A DNA stretch of 64,000 nt from Candidatus Falkowbacteria bacterium RIFOXYA2_FULL_47_19 (GTDB lineage Bacteria; Patescibacteriota; Patescibacteriia; Patescibacteriales; UBA12075), in contig MFGB01000005.1 of assembly GCA_001780275.1 (NCBI GenBank), positions 84,306 to 148,305 on the forward strand, in the 5' to 3' direction. The translations under genes were made by a program, and so were the position numbers. Shown piece after piece: positions 40,232 through 49,918 of this stretch; the first letter of the stretch is position 1, and each line of letters starts with the position of its first letter. The notes under the pieces are model-generated. The model worked only from the letters and a program-made list of their open reading frames with translations, searched no databases and was not told the origin of the DNA.

Positions 40232-40927
40232 TTAAAGATGGTGTTTCTTTTTTACGATCGCCAGGGCGTTATTGTACTTTCTGACATTGGGCAGGAAAGG
40301 AAAAAGCTTATAAAATACAGACGGTAGCCAGTTACTGTATACTCCGCCCGGCCTGATCGTAAAAAGCACCCGGTCTATCCAGAAACCGGTATGCCCCTCG
40401 GAGAGCATCGACAGGTAAAAATCCCAATCATTAAGCTTCCTGATATTCTCGTCCCATCCGGCTTTAGGAAAATGCTCCCGTCTTATTAAAGTTGTCGTAT
40501 GAATATAAGGCATTTTTTTAAGTTTATCCGCGTCAAAAGGCCAAAGCCGGAAGAGCTTGCGGCCATATTTATGGGATGGGTAAGCGTAGCTGGCTTCCGG
40601 ATGTTCTTTAAGTGTTTTCAGCATTATCTCGAGCGCGTCAGGCGCCAAAATCGCGTCCGCGTCGCAGAACATGACGAACTCTCCTTTTGTTTTTTTAAAA
40701 CCTTTGTTGCGGGCATAAGGCGCCCAATGGCGGGCCTGGTTATACCAGTAGTCGAACTTAAGTCCCAGCTCATTTTTGTATTTTCTTAATACTGGCGCCA
40801 GATGGTCGGTTGAGCGGTCATCGATCACCACCACCTCGTAATTCTGGTAGGTCTGGTTTTTTATTGAATCTAAACATTCAACCAATTTATCAGCTTGGTT
40901 ATAAACAGGAATAACTATTGAGATCAT
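40232..40927 (-). CDS. Glycosyltransferase family 2
   Basis: ISIVIPVYN, DDRSTD, ARNKG, DAD. Confidence 0.95.
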   Translation of the reverse strand: MISIVIPVYNQADKLVECLDSIKNQTYQNYEVVVIDDRSTDHLAPVLRKYKNELGLKFDYWYNQARHWAPYARNKGFKKTKGEFVMFCDADAILAPDALEIMLKTLKEHPEASYAYPSHKYGRKLFRLWPFDADKLKKMPYIHTTTLIRREHFPKAGWDENIRKLNDWDFYLSMLSEGHTGFWIDRVLFTIRPGGVYSNWLPSVFYKLFPFLPNVRKYNNALAIVKKKHHL

Positions 40928-40953
40928 AATATTATTTTGTTTAAATTTTTAAC

Positions 40954-42030
40954 CTATCGTTGCTTGTTTAAAATTTCATAAATTTTTCCGGCCTGTTTCT
41001 CCCAGTTAAACTCGTTGATCGCCCGTTCTCTCCCCTGCTCCCCCAACTGTTTCCTTAAAGACTCGTCCTGGGCGAGGCGGATCACGGCGGCCGCTATCCG
41101 CTCGGTGTTTTCCGGATTCACCAAAAGGCCAGAGAAAGCGTTTTTGACCGCGTCGCGTACTCCGCCGGAGTCGCCGGCTATGACCGGTTTACCGGCTAAA
41201 TTCGCCTCAAGATAAACTATGCCGAAGCCCTCGAAATCCCCGGCTATATTCCTTGAAACCATGGCAAAAATATCGCACGCCTCGAGCCAGGCCCATTTTT
41301 CCTCATCATCGGGTTTTTTCAGGAATACTATATTCGGTATCCCCCGGGCTTTTTCGTAAATATATCTCTTGTCCGGACCATCGCCGGCAATGAAATAATA
41401 GAGATTGGGTACGGCCCGGAGTATCTCCGGCATGGATTCCACCACTTTATCGAACCCCTTGCGTTTTACCAAACGGCCGACGCTATACATGACTATCTTA
41501 TTGAAAAAACGATGCTTTTTCCTTATGGCCGCTATCAGGTCTTCATTACGGACAATATCTTTTTCCGCCCCCGGATTAACTACCCTTATCCGGCCGTTAT
41601 CACCGATAAATTCCTTTACCAAAGAGGCCGTGTAATTGCTCGCACAGATTATATGTGCGGCTTTTCCAAGAATTTTCCGGCTCATGCGCTTTTTGCGGAG
41701 GGTTTTTTGCGCGTAGACGATATCCATGCCGTGCACGAAGATCGTGTATGGCGTTTTAGTCAGTTTTGTCACGTAATAAGCGGCAATGCCGAGAGGCAGG
41801 AGGTGGCCGACCAGGACGTGCCCGATATTTTTTTCTTTTATTTCCCTGTAAAGGCGCAGGACGGCCTTAAGCCAGCGGGGCCGAAACCAGCGGCCGATAA
41901 GCTTGTTTTCGTTATTATGCAGTACGAAAATATTTTCCGGCGAAGGGAAGTGCCTGACTAAATTGCCGTAATAACTGGCGACGCCGCCTTTGAAGGGGGG
42001 GTATTCAAGGGTAAAGAGAAGTGTCTTCAT
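40954..42030 (-). CDS. Glycosyltransferase family 4
   Basis: GRLVKRKG, EGFGIVYLEA. Confidence 0.95.
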   Translation of the reverse strand: MKTLLFTLEYPPFKGGVASYYGNLVRHFPSPENIFVLHNNENKLIGRWFRPRWLKAVLRLYREIKEKNIGHVLVGHLLPLGIAAYYVTKLTKTPYTIFVHGMDIVYAQKTLRKKRMSRKILGKAAHIICASNYTASLVKEFIGDNGRIRVVNPGAEKDIVRNEDLIAAIRKKHRFFNKIVMYSVGRLVKRKGFDKVVESMPEILRAVPNLYYFIAGDGPDKRYIYEKARGIPNIVFLKKPDDEEKWAWLEACDIFAMVSRNIAGDFEGFGIVYLEANLAGKPVIAGDSGGVRDAVKNAFSGLLVNPENTERIAAAVIRLAQDESLRKQLGEQGRERAINEFNWEKQAGKIYEILNKQR

Positions 42031-42036
42031 ATTTGA

Positions 42037-43494
42037 TCATCTTAAAAACGATCTTGCCACGCTTTTTATATCCTCGACCCGGAGTGCTTTCATTAGAAAA
42101 AGCAGCCCGAAATAAACCGCACCGGCCAGGATAACAACTATGAAAATATTGAGATAGGCTTTAGCCGGCCAGACAAAGGCGACCATGATCGCGGCCGAGG
42201 CCAAGGACTTGAAAAAAACAGAAACGATCTTACGCGGCCTGGCCTCGATGATCTTCGGGACCCAGATGATCCCCATGAAAAACATCAGAAAATTAGTCAG
42301 AAGAACGGTCGCGGCCGCTCCGGCGGAGTGGAATTTTGGAATAAGGAAAAGGTTAAGAATCACGCTGGCCGCCAGAGCAAGGCCCATGTTCCGGGTATTT
42401 ATCTTCTGTCGGTCGCAGGCGTTAAGCAGGGCGCCTATGGGAAAATTAAGGAAAATAAAAAAAAGCGCGGCGACCGCTATCTGGAGCGGCAGGACGGCGG
42501 CGGCGTACTCCGGCCTAAAAACAAGGATTATCCTGTCGGCCAGGGTAATTATACCGAGGCTTATCGGCAGGCTTATTATGATAAGATAGTTCATGGCCCG
42601 TTCGAAGGTTATCGTCAGCTGTCCGCGGTTGTTCTTCCAGTAATCGGAAAATGCCGGGTAAACGCTCGCGATAAAAGCCATCGGCAGGAATTGCAAAGCG
42701 AATACGACCTTAAAGGCGATCTGGTATATTCCGACATGATAGTCGCCGGCGATCTTCGAGAGCATTACAGTATCCAAATACATGTACAGGCGCTGGAAAA
42801 CGACATAAAGGGCGAAGGGCGCCGCCAGAGCCAGCAGGGGTTTAAGAGCTGCGCGGTCAAAAACGGGCCGGATCGCCAAAGCAAATTTATATTTTATAAG
42901 CAAAAACGAATAGATGAAATTAAAAAGACTAGCCAGGACTAAAGCGCTCATGATCCATTTCAGTCCAAAACCGGCTTTAAGCGCGGATAAGCCGAACACT
43001 AGGACTATGACCTGGAAAACGACAGAGGCTATGCTTTCATATTTTAAATTATGAAAACCGCGCAATGCGGAAAAGAAAGTCAGGGTAAATGAATCGAGGA
43101 CCATGCAGATCGAGGACAGATAGACTAATTCGGCGGTTAACGCGGAGTAGCCGAGTATTTTTGCGGCGAAAACGATAACGGCCAGAGTGACGAGGGCCAG
43201 GGGGATTTTTAAGGCCAGGGTGCACCCGATAAGGCGTCCGGCCGCGCGCTGATCCTTGGCGGTTTCCCTGACCAAAATATTGGCTAATCCCAAATCGACA
43301 AAAATCGCGAAAATCGTGGTGAATGAAATTGCCAGGTAGTATTGCCCTAATTCGGCGGGAGCTAAATTGCGGGCCAGGACGGCAAAGTAAGCGAAACTGA
43401 TCACTTTTTGGATAACCAGGGCGAAAGTAAAATAACTCGTATTTCTGGCTATGCCCCTCACGCGGGGATTAGCGTCTGTGTTAACCTCAACCAT
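42037..43494 (-). CDS. Wzx-type polysaccharide flippase
   Basis: MOP-family TM pattern, DLGL, DTVML, GIYQIA. Confidence 0.9.
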   Translation of the reverse strand: MVEVNTDANPRVRGIARNTSYFTFALVIQKVISFAYFAVLARNLAPAELGQYYLAISFTTIFAIFVDLGLANILVRETAKDQRAAGRLIGCTLALKIPLALVTLAVIVFAAKILGYSALTAELVYLSSICMVLDSFTLTFFSALRGFHNLKYESIASVVFQVIVLVFGLSALKAGFGLKWIMSALVLASLFNFIYSFLLIKYKFALAIRPVFDRAALKPLLALAAPFALYVVFQRLYMYLDTVMLSKIAGDYHVGIYQIAFKVVFALQFLPMAFIASVYPAFSDYWKNNRGQLTITFERAMNYLIIISLPISLGIITLADRIILVFRPEYAAAVLPLQIAVAALFFIFLNFPIGALLNACDRQKINTRNMGLALAASVILNLFLIPKFHSAGAAATVLLTNFLMFFMGIIWVPKIIEARPRKIVSVFFKSLASAAIMVAFVWPAKAYLNIFIVVILAGAVYFGLLFLMKALRVEDIKSVARSFLR

Positions 43495-43635
43495 AAGTTG
43501 CTGGTATCATAATATTTTCTAGGCTTAATATTTATTATAGCACGTTTAGGACGTATAATACAAAAACAGCCTCGGATAACAAAAATCCTTCCGGCTTAAG
43601 GAAGGATAGGATGGGTTTGATCCGAGGGTATTTCT

Positions 43636-44169
43636 TTATCTGGCCTTTTTGGCTATTTTTCCGACCGCGGGGGCCATCTTTTCGGCGGATGAGACCGTAC
43701 TGGCCGCGGAGGTCATATTTTGCACAAAGGCATTCCCGAGGGGCTTGATCCGGGCGAGAAAGATCTGAAAGGCTTCCGGAGCCTTAAAGCCGGCCTTTTT
43801 GAGGTTTTCGTAATCCCGGTAGTCGGTTTTGGCCCTGAGCCTGGAAAGCGCGTCCAGTTCCGGCTCGATATCCTTTTTGACATCAAGCAAAAGCCCCAGA
43901 AAAACGCGGATGGCGTCGGCTGCCTCTTTTTTGTTGCTATCGACAATTTGTTTTGCCAGCGCGATATATCCTCTGGCCTGTTGCGCGAACGCCTCGGCCT
44001 CGGCAAGCATCGTTAGTTTCGCCATCTCTTCGGCGATTTCGGCGAGCTCTTTTTTTATTCGCTCTTTTGTTTCGTCGTTGTTATCCCCGTAACACTCCTG
44101 AGAATACTCCTCTTTTTTGCGCTCAAGCGCGCCCTCAAGAGCCTCTAACTTTTGCGATGTTTCGGTCAT
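43636..44169 (-). CDS. Orphan helical hypothetical protein
   Basis: Start MTETSQK with SD AAGGA; own promoter and terminator; flanked by a 26-bp direct repeat. Confidence 0.7.
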   Translation of the reverse strand: MTETSQKLEALEGALERKKEEYSQECYGDNNDETKERIKKELAEIAEEMAKLTMLAEAEAFAQQARGYIALAKQIVDSNKKEAADAIRVFLGLLLDVKKDIEPELDALSRLRAKTDYRDYENLKKAGFKAPEAFQIFLARIKPLGNAFVQNMTSAASTVSSAEKMAPAVGKIAKKAR

Positions 44170-44342
44170 TTTTCTTCCTTTCTTCTGTAAAAAGTTGATA
44201 AAAAACCTGAAAAAAACAAAATTTAACAATGTACATTACTAAACGTTAACACATTATCATTAATAAGTCAATACTTAAATAACAGGGCAAAAATACAAAA
44301 ACAGCCCCGGACAACAAGGCTGTTTATTTATTTTAGCTTATT

Positions 44343-44857
44343 TTAGCCACGATTACTTAATTCTTCAATAACGGCCTGGTATTTTTCGTGGATCATTTTC
44401 TGGTCGAATTCATTGCCTTCCCGGAGCATATCTTCCTTCTCGGCATCGGAAAAATAATGCATAACCGGAATAAAAAATTCTTTGTCTTCCCGGGCTATAT
44501 GCCACGGATAAAGCTCTACAAGAGTTTCAATACAAGTAACGGCCTCGTCTTCTGCTTTGGCTGATGCTAACCCGCTCACGCGCTCACGTGCCTCTATATG
44601 CTCGTTGGTTAGTTGTTCCATGATGGCGCGCGATGTTCCGGGCTAATATCCTTTTTTCGTAATTCCCGAAACAGTATTTGCTCTTCCTTGCCGTGGTGGG
44701 TTTGGTCGGCGTAAACGCGGAAAAAATCCGCCGCGGCGCGGTTGAATTCGCGGTCGATCGGGCCGCCGCCCTTAAGACGCTTAAGCTCAAAGGACATAAG
44801 TCCGATCATTTTTTCGATCAAACGGTGTTCGATCATTAACGGTGCGATTGGCAGCAT
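44343..44857 (-). pseudogene. Hemerythrin (HHE) domain protein, frameshifted
   Basis: LMIEHRLI...HHGKEE in one frame, EH...HIARED in another; removing 2 nt from the GCGCGCG run at ~44626-44632 restores EHRAIMEQ. Confidence 0.85.
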
Positions 44858-44871
44858 AAAATTAAAAAAGT

Positions 44872-45033
44872 TTATTGAACTAAAATGAACTTGTCTTTGC
44901 CGGCGCCGCATAACGGGCAGGTCCAGCTGTCCGGAATATCGTCGAATTTGGTACCCGGCTTCACACCGCGCTCCGGATCGCCGATAGCTTCATCGTAGAT
45001 GTAATCGCAGATCGTACATTTGTATTTTGCCAT
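44872..45033 (-). CDS. Rubredoxin
   Basis: [49 protein letters not shown] (53 aa; not in the ORF track). Confidence 0.97.
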   Translation of the reverse strand: MAKYKCTICDYIYDEAIGDPERGVKPGTKFDDIPDSWTCPLCGAGKDKFILVQ

Positions 45034-45130
45034 AGGTTTGATCGGTTTATTATCCTAATTATATAATCGCATAGTTAAACTCTAGCACATCGCTCGCTTT
45101 TCATCAATACTTTACGCCCGGTAGGCAAAC

Positions 45131-45164
45131 AAAAAATCCTCCGGAATCTTTGGGAGGATTTTTT
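45131..45164. terminator. Terminator of the ribosomal protein cluster
   Basis: AAAAAATCCTCC...GGAGGATTTTTT. Confidence 0.8.
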
Positions 45165-45194
45165 GCATCTATATACAAAGAAGGGTGTTTTAGT

Positions 45195-45638
45195 TTAACG
45201 CTTGCTCCACTGAGGAGAACGTCTCGCGCGTTTCAAGCCAGGCTTCTTCCGCTCTTTCTTTCTTGAATCCCGTGTTAACCAGCCTTTCGGCTTGATCACA
45301 GGCTTGATCGTTTCATCCATCTCGACCAGAGCCTTGGCGATGCCGTGGCGGATAGCTTCCGCCTGTCCGACGCCGCCGCCGCCTTTTACCACTATGGAAA
45401 AATTAAAGGATTTCAGGTTGCCTGTAAGCTTTAACGGCTGTTTGATCGTATTTATTTTATCCTGTGAAAAATAATCGCTTAATTTCCGTCCGTTCACTAT
45501 AAAAATACCGGTTCCTTTCTTGTAGATCCGCAGACGGGCGACGGCCGTTTTTCTCCGGCTGACAACGCTCGTATGCTTGCCCTTGAGCACTACCGGCTCC
45601 TCCGCTTTTGTTTTATTTGTTGTTTGTTGAGTTGTCAT
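45195..45638 (-). CDS. rpsI: 30S ribosomal protein S9
   Basis: RRKTAVAR, GGG..GQA, LTRDSR, PQWSKR. Confidence 0.98.
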   Translation of the reverse strand: MTTQQTTNKTKAEEPVVLKGKHTSVVSRRKTAVARLRIYKKGTGIFIVNGRKLSDYFSQDKINTIKQPLKLTGNLKSFNFSIVVKGGGGVGQAEAIRHGIAKALVEMDETIKPVIKPKGWLTRDSRKKERKKPGLKRARRSPQWSKR

Positions 45639-45683
45639 AACTGATTATTTCTTAATGAAATCTAAAAATCTAATTTCCTCCGG

Positions 45684-46031
45684 CTATTTTATGGTCAGAC
45701 GCTTAAGCATTTCCTTCCTGAATTTTACCGGCGGCAGCATTTCACGAACGGCCCTCATAAGGATATTACCGGGATCGGTTTTAACGATATTCTTCATTTT
45801 AGCGGTCTTTAAGCCGCCGGGATAACCGGAATAACTGTAATACTCTTTCTGTTCGAGTTTCTTTCCGGTGAATTTTATTTTATTTATATGGCTTACCTCG
45901 ACCAAATCCCCGCAATCCGTATGCGGTTCGAATTCCGGCTTGTTCTTTCCCCGCAAAATAACGGCGATTTTGGTGGCTATTCTCCCTATGCTTTGGTTAG
46001 TAGCATCGATTTTGTGTAATTTTCTTTCCAT
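45684..46031 (-). CDS. rplM: 50S ribosomal protein L13
   Basis: GKNKP, DCGD, SGYPGGLK. Confidence 0.97.
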   Translation of the reverse strand: MERKLHKIDATNQSIGRIATKIAVILRGKNKPEFEPHTDCGDLVEVSHINKIKFTGKKLEQKEYYSYSGYPGGLKTAKMKNIVKTDPGNILMRAVREMLPPVKFRKEMLKRLTIK

Positions 46032-46087
46032 TTTTCTTGGTTTCGCGATCCCGCCTTATGGACTGCGGGAGGCATAATTTTAAATAA

Positions 46088-46438
46088 TTAAACTAATTCG
46101 ATCCGCACCATTTCCGCCCCGTCCCCTTGCCTGGTCCCGATCTTTACTATCCTGGTGTAGCCGCCCGGCTTATCTTTATATCTCTCGCCCAAAACCTCCA
46201 TGGCTTTTTTTACGGCCATTTTCTGCGGTAAAACGGAAATGAGTTTTCGGCGGGACGTTAAATCGCCCTTTTTAGCCGTCGTAATGGCTTTTTCCACGAG
46301 CGAACGGACAACCTTGGCTTTGGCTTTCGTGGTTTTAACCTTTTCGTATATCAAAATACTTGACGCGAGATTCCGAAGCATCAATTCGCGCGGCGCTTTT
46401 TCCCGGCTTAGAATTTTTTTTGTATTACGATGTCTCAT
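46088..46438 (-). CDS. rplQ: 50S ribosomal protein L17
   Basis: MRHR, GGYTRI, RQGDGA. Confidence 0.98.
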   Translation of the reverse strand: MRHRNTKKILSREKAPRELMLRNLASSILIYEKVKTTKAKAKVVRSLVEKAITTAKKGDLTSRRKLISVLPQKMAVKKAMEVLGERYKDKPGGYTRIVKIGTRQGDGAEMVRIELV

Positions 46439-46476
46439 GTCTCTAAATTAATTTTATAATGGTATGGTTAATAAAA

Positions 46477-47337
46477 TTACTCGGCTGATTTTTTAGGACG
46501 GCCTCTTTTTCTTTTGGGGGCAGAATCCTCATCATCGGTTTCTTCCTTTTCTGTCGCTTCTTCGGATATCTCTTCTTCGGAATTTTCGATTTCTTCCTCT
46601 TTCTCTTCTTCCGTTTCGGCTTCTTCCTTAATACCCTCCTCTTTTTCCCCTTCTTTGGATATCAAAGCGTTGAATTGTTCCAATAATATTTTGACGGAAT
46701 TATTGAATGCTTCCGCGGGAGTGATAGTGCAGTCGGTGGTAATATCAAGGATCAGCCTTTCCCAATTCGTCATTTTGCCGACGCGGACATTTTCGATCTT
46801 AACGCCCACGGCGGTAACCGGCGTATAAACTGAATCCATTTCGATATAGCCGATCTCTTTTTCCTTATTTTCCCTGGTTTCGATCATCTCGTAACCCATG
46901 CCGTGCGCCACGAAAATTTCCGCGTAAAGGCTGCCTGACATATCGGTTATATGGCCCAAAACCAGATCCGGATTGACTATTTCAACCTGGCTATTCGCCT
47001 TAATATCCGAAGCTTTAATGTCCTTTTTGCCGTGCACGTCGAGTTCGAGTCTGACAGGTTCTTCGCTGAATATCTTAAGCCGTAATTTTTTTAAATTCAG
47101 GATAAATTCCAGGATATCCTCTTTAAGATGCGGTATAGCGGCAAACTCGTGGTCGGCTCCTTTTATCTTTATTCCGACCGGCGCCGCACCCTCTAAAGAC
47201 GAAAGCAGAACGCGCCGGATGGAATTCCCCAAAGTAATCCCGTAACCCGGATAAAAAGGTTCGACGATGATCTTTCCACGGCCGGCTTCCTGCCCCTCTT
47301 CGTATTTAACGGAGCTGGGTATGGCTATTTTTTGCAT
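46477..47337 (-). CDS. rpoA: RNA polymerase alpha subunit lacking alpha-CTD; acidic tail plus AT-hook
   Basis: GYGITLGNSIRRVLLSS, HEF, ENVRVG; tail is E/D-rich and ends KRKRGRPKK. Confidence 0.97.
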   Translation of the reverse strand: MQKIAIPSSVKYEEGQEAGRGKIIVEPFYPGYGITLGNSIRRVLLSSLEGAAPVGIKIKGADHEFAAIPHLKEDILEFILNLKKLRLKIFSEEPVRLELDVHGKKDIKASDIKANSQVEIVNPDLVLGHITDMSGSLYAEIFVAHGMGYEMIETRENKEKEIGYIEMDSVYTPVTAVGVKIENVRVGKMTNWERLILDITTDCTITPAEAFNNSVKILLEQFNALISKEGEKEEGIKEEAETEEEKEEEIENSEEEISEEATEKEETDDEDSAPKRKRGRPKKSAE

Positions 47338-47426
47338 ATTGTTTTAAAAAGGCTCGATAGGGCTTTTAGGGCTATCAGGGCGACCCCCCTTTATTGACGC
47401 CTGTAAAGCCTATAGCTCCCTGTTGA

Positions 47427-48056
47427 TTATCTTGAATAATATTCAACGATCATTTGAATGTTGAAATTCGGCCTGATCATGTCCATTTTCGGCGCCTCTA
47501 TGATCTTGGCTTCCAGTGTATCCTTCTTAAGGCTTAACCAGCCGGGCGCGTTAAAATTCTTAAGCTTTTCCGATAACGCGCTGAATACCTTCGCTTCCCT
47601 TTTGTTGCTTTTTATCTTAATAACCTCGCCGGCCCGGACTATATAGGAAGGAATATTGACCATCCGGTCGTTAACGGCAAAAAGGCCGTGGCCGACGAAC
47701 TGCCGGGCCTGATTCCGGGAAGAAGCCAGACCAAGACGATAGATGACGTTATCAAGCCTCATTTCCAGAAGTTTCAGGAAGTTCTCGCCGAGATTGCCCT
47801 GTTGGCGGCGGGCTCTTTCGAAAAATATCGTAAATTGCTTTTCCGTTAAATTATATTGCCGTTTGGCCTTTTGCTTTTCCGCCAGCTGCAGACCGTAATC
47901 GGTCATTCTTTTCTTGCCTTTGGATCCGTGAAAACCGGGAGGAAAATTCCGTTTCACGATTGCGCATTTCGGCGTATTACAACGCTCGCCCTTCAAAAGT
48001 AGTTTTTCCCCGGCGCGGCGGCACTGTTTGCATTTTGGATTTAGATCTTTAGCCAT
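47427..48056 (-). CDS. rpsD: 30S ribosomal protein S4 (Zn-binding type)
   Basis: CKQCRR...C...C, LEMRLDN, IVEYYSR. Confidence 0.98.
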   Translation of the reverse strand: MAKDLNPKCKQCRRAGEKLLLKGERCNTPKCAIVKRNFPPGFHGSKGKKRMTDYGLQLAEKQKAKRQYNLTEKQFTIFFERARRQQGNLGENFLKLLEMRLDNVIYRLGLASSRNQARQFVGHGLFAVNDRMVNIPSYIVRAGEVIKIKSNKREAKVFSALSEKLKNFNAPGWLSLKKDTLEAKIIEAPKMDMIRPNFNIQMIVEYYSR

Positions 48057-48092
48057 ATACTAGTTTGTTTTAAATTATTCGATCAAGTTAGG

Positions 48093-48722
48093 TTATACTC
48101 TCCGCGGTTTTTTAGGGCGGCAACCGTTATGCGGTATCGGGGTAACATCTTTTATGTTAGTAATTATAAGCCCGTTGCTATTTAGAGCCCGGATAGCCGA
48201 TTCGCGGCCGGTGCCCACTCCCTTGACGACGACCGCCACTTCCGACATGCCGTATTCCTCTTTAGCTTTGCCCACCGCGATGCGGGTAATTATGGAAGCG
48301 GCGTATGGCGTCGATTTTTTAGGGCCTTTAAAACCGGCTATGCCCGCCGAAGCCCAGGAAATGACGTTCCCGGCAGGATCCGTTATCGTAACTATCGTGT
48401 TATTGTATGTCGCTTTGATAAAAGCCTTGCCGACCGATATTTTTTTAGCTTCCCGCTTCTTCTTTTTTCTTGCCTTTTTCCCCTTTTTGGATTTTTGCTC
48501 GTTTTCGATCTTTTTCTTCTCGAGCTTTTTCCTGATCTCTTCCGGCAGTTCTTCAAGTCCCAGCTCGTCTTTCTTGACGCGTAAAAGATCATCGGCCTCT
48601 TCTTTTAGGCTTTTTTCTTTTTTTTCTTCCGCCGGCTTCTTAGCGGCAGCTTTAACATCGGACGAAGTTTTTTCCGTCTTTTTTTCTTCCTCCCTCTTTT
48701 CTTCTTTTTTATCTTCACTCAT
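48093..48722 (-). CDS. rpsK: 30S ribosomal protein S11 with long K/E-rich N-terminal extension
   Basis: [25 protein letters not shown]. Confidence 0.97.
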   Translation of the reverse strand: MSEDKKEEKREEEKKTEKTSSDVKAAAKKPAEEKKEKSLKEEADDLLRVKKDELGLEELPEEIRKKLEKKKIENEQKSKKGKKARKKKKREAKKISVGKAFIKATYNNTIVTITDPAGNVISWASAGIAGFKGPKKSTPYAASIITRIAVGKAKEEYGMSEVAVVVKGVGTGRESAIRALNSNGLIITNIKDVTPIPHNGCRPKKPRRV

Positions 48723-48787
48723 ATTTAATCTTATTTAGAGATATCAGCCCAAAGGCTAACGGTTATAAGCTAAAAACTAAAAGCTCA

Positions 48788-49180
48788 CTAGGTTTTTTGC
48801 GCCGCCATCTTCTTGCCGGAAACGGCCGTCTGACGCTTATTTCCCCGGACCGTGCGGCTGTTCGTTTTCGTACGCTGTCCACGTACCGGCAGATTCCGGG
48901 CGTGCCGTAGACCCCGGTAAGATCCGATCTCTTTAAGCCTCTTTATATTGCCCATGATCTCACGTTTAAGGTCTCCTTCGACGCGGTACTCTTTTTCTAT
49001 TATTACCCTTAACTTATTGACTTCGTCCTCGCTTAATTCCTTTACCCTTTTATTGTTATCGATCCCGGATGACTTAAGGATTAAATTCGATTGAGTGCGG
49101 CCAATGCCAAAAATATAAGTCAAAGCGATCTCGACTCTTTTTTCATTTGGAATTGTGACCCCGGCGATTCTTACAGCCAT
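48788..49180 (-). CDS. rpsM: 30S ribosomal protein S13
   Basis: [20 protein letters not shown]. Confidence 0.98.
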   Translation of the reverse strand: MAVRIAGVTIPNEKRVEIALTYIFGIGRTQSNLILKSSGIDNNKRVKELSEDEVNKLRVIIEKEYRVEGDLKREIMGNIKRLKEIGSYRGLRHARNLPVRGQRTKTNSRTVRGNKRQTAVSGKKMAAQKT

Positions 49181-49186
49181 ATATTC

Positions 49187-49260
49187 GACAGTTGACCTTT
49201 GACAATTGACTGTTAACTTCACAAAGTCGTCAATTGTCAATTGTTAATTGTTAATTGTTA
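49187..49260. repeat. 7-nt-period inverted repeat array between rpmJ and rpsM
   Basis: GACAGTTGACCTTTGACAATTGAC...GTCAATTGTCAATTGTTAATTGTTAATTGTTA. Confidence 0.8.
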
Positions 49261-49261
49261 T

Positions 49262-49375
49262 CTAACCTTGCCTCTGTTTGTGCTTCGGATTTTTGCAAAT
49301 TACAACCACCCGGCCTTTGCGCCGTATGGTTTTACAATCTTTGCATATTTTTTTTACCGAAGCCCTGACTTTCAT
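49262..49375 (-). CDS. rpmJ: 50S ribosomal protein L36
   Basis: [37 protein letters not shown] (manual translation). Confidence 0.98.
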   Translation of the reverse strand: MKVRASVKKICKDCKTIRRKGRVVVICKNPKHKQRQG

Positions 49376-49422
49376 AATATTTGAAAAATATTTATTAAAA
49401 ATTATTAAAAGATATTTGACCG

Positions 49423-49680
49423 TTAAAGCCTGTAGGTGATCCTGCCCTTGGTCAGATCGTAAGGACTGATCTGGACCCTTACCCTGTCTCCGGGAAGGAG
49501 CCTGATGCGGTTCATTCTCATTTTACCGGACAAATGGGCCAGGATCTCGTGCCCGTTTTCCAGCATTACCCGGAAGGTGGCCGCCGGCATCAATTCAGTG
49601 ACTTCGCCGACGATTTCCAGGAATTCCTTTGAATCAATAACCTCTTTTTGGTTAAATTTTTTATCTTTGTTCGCTACCAT
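49423..49680 (-). CDS. infA: Translation initiation factor IF-1
   Basis: [24 protein letters not shown]. Confidence 0.98.
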   Translation of the reverse strand: MVANKDKKFNQKEVIDSKEFLEIVGEVTELMPAATFRVMLENGHEILAHLSGKMRMNRIRLLPGDRVRVQISPYDLTKGRITYRL

Positions 49681-49918
49681 TAAAAATTTACGCTTATTAC
49701 TATAAAGTATTAAAAATTAGCAAAATTTAAAAAATTTTACCGGTTATTTTGGTAAATATTTTAATCTTTGCTTTAATTTTATAGGGTTACTGAAATTAAT
49801 TATATAGTGCGGCGCGAAAAATGTCAAGAGGAATATATAAATAATAAAGCAAATGTTCGGCAAAATAATTTATGCTGACATTAAATAAAATATTATATTT
49901 TTAAAATTACATGATTTT

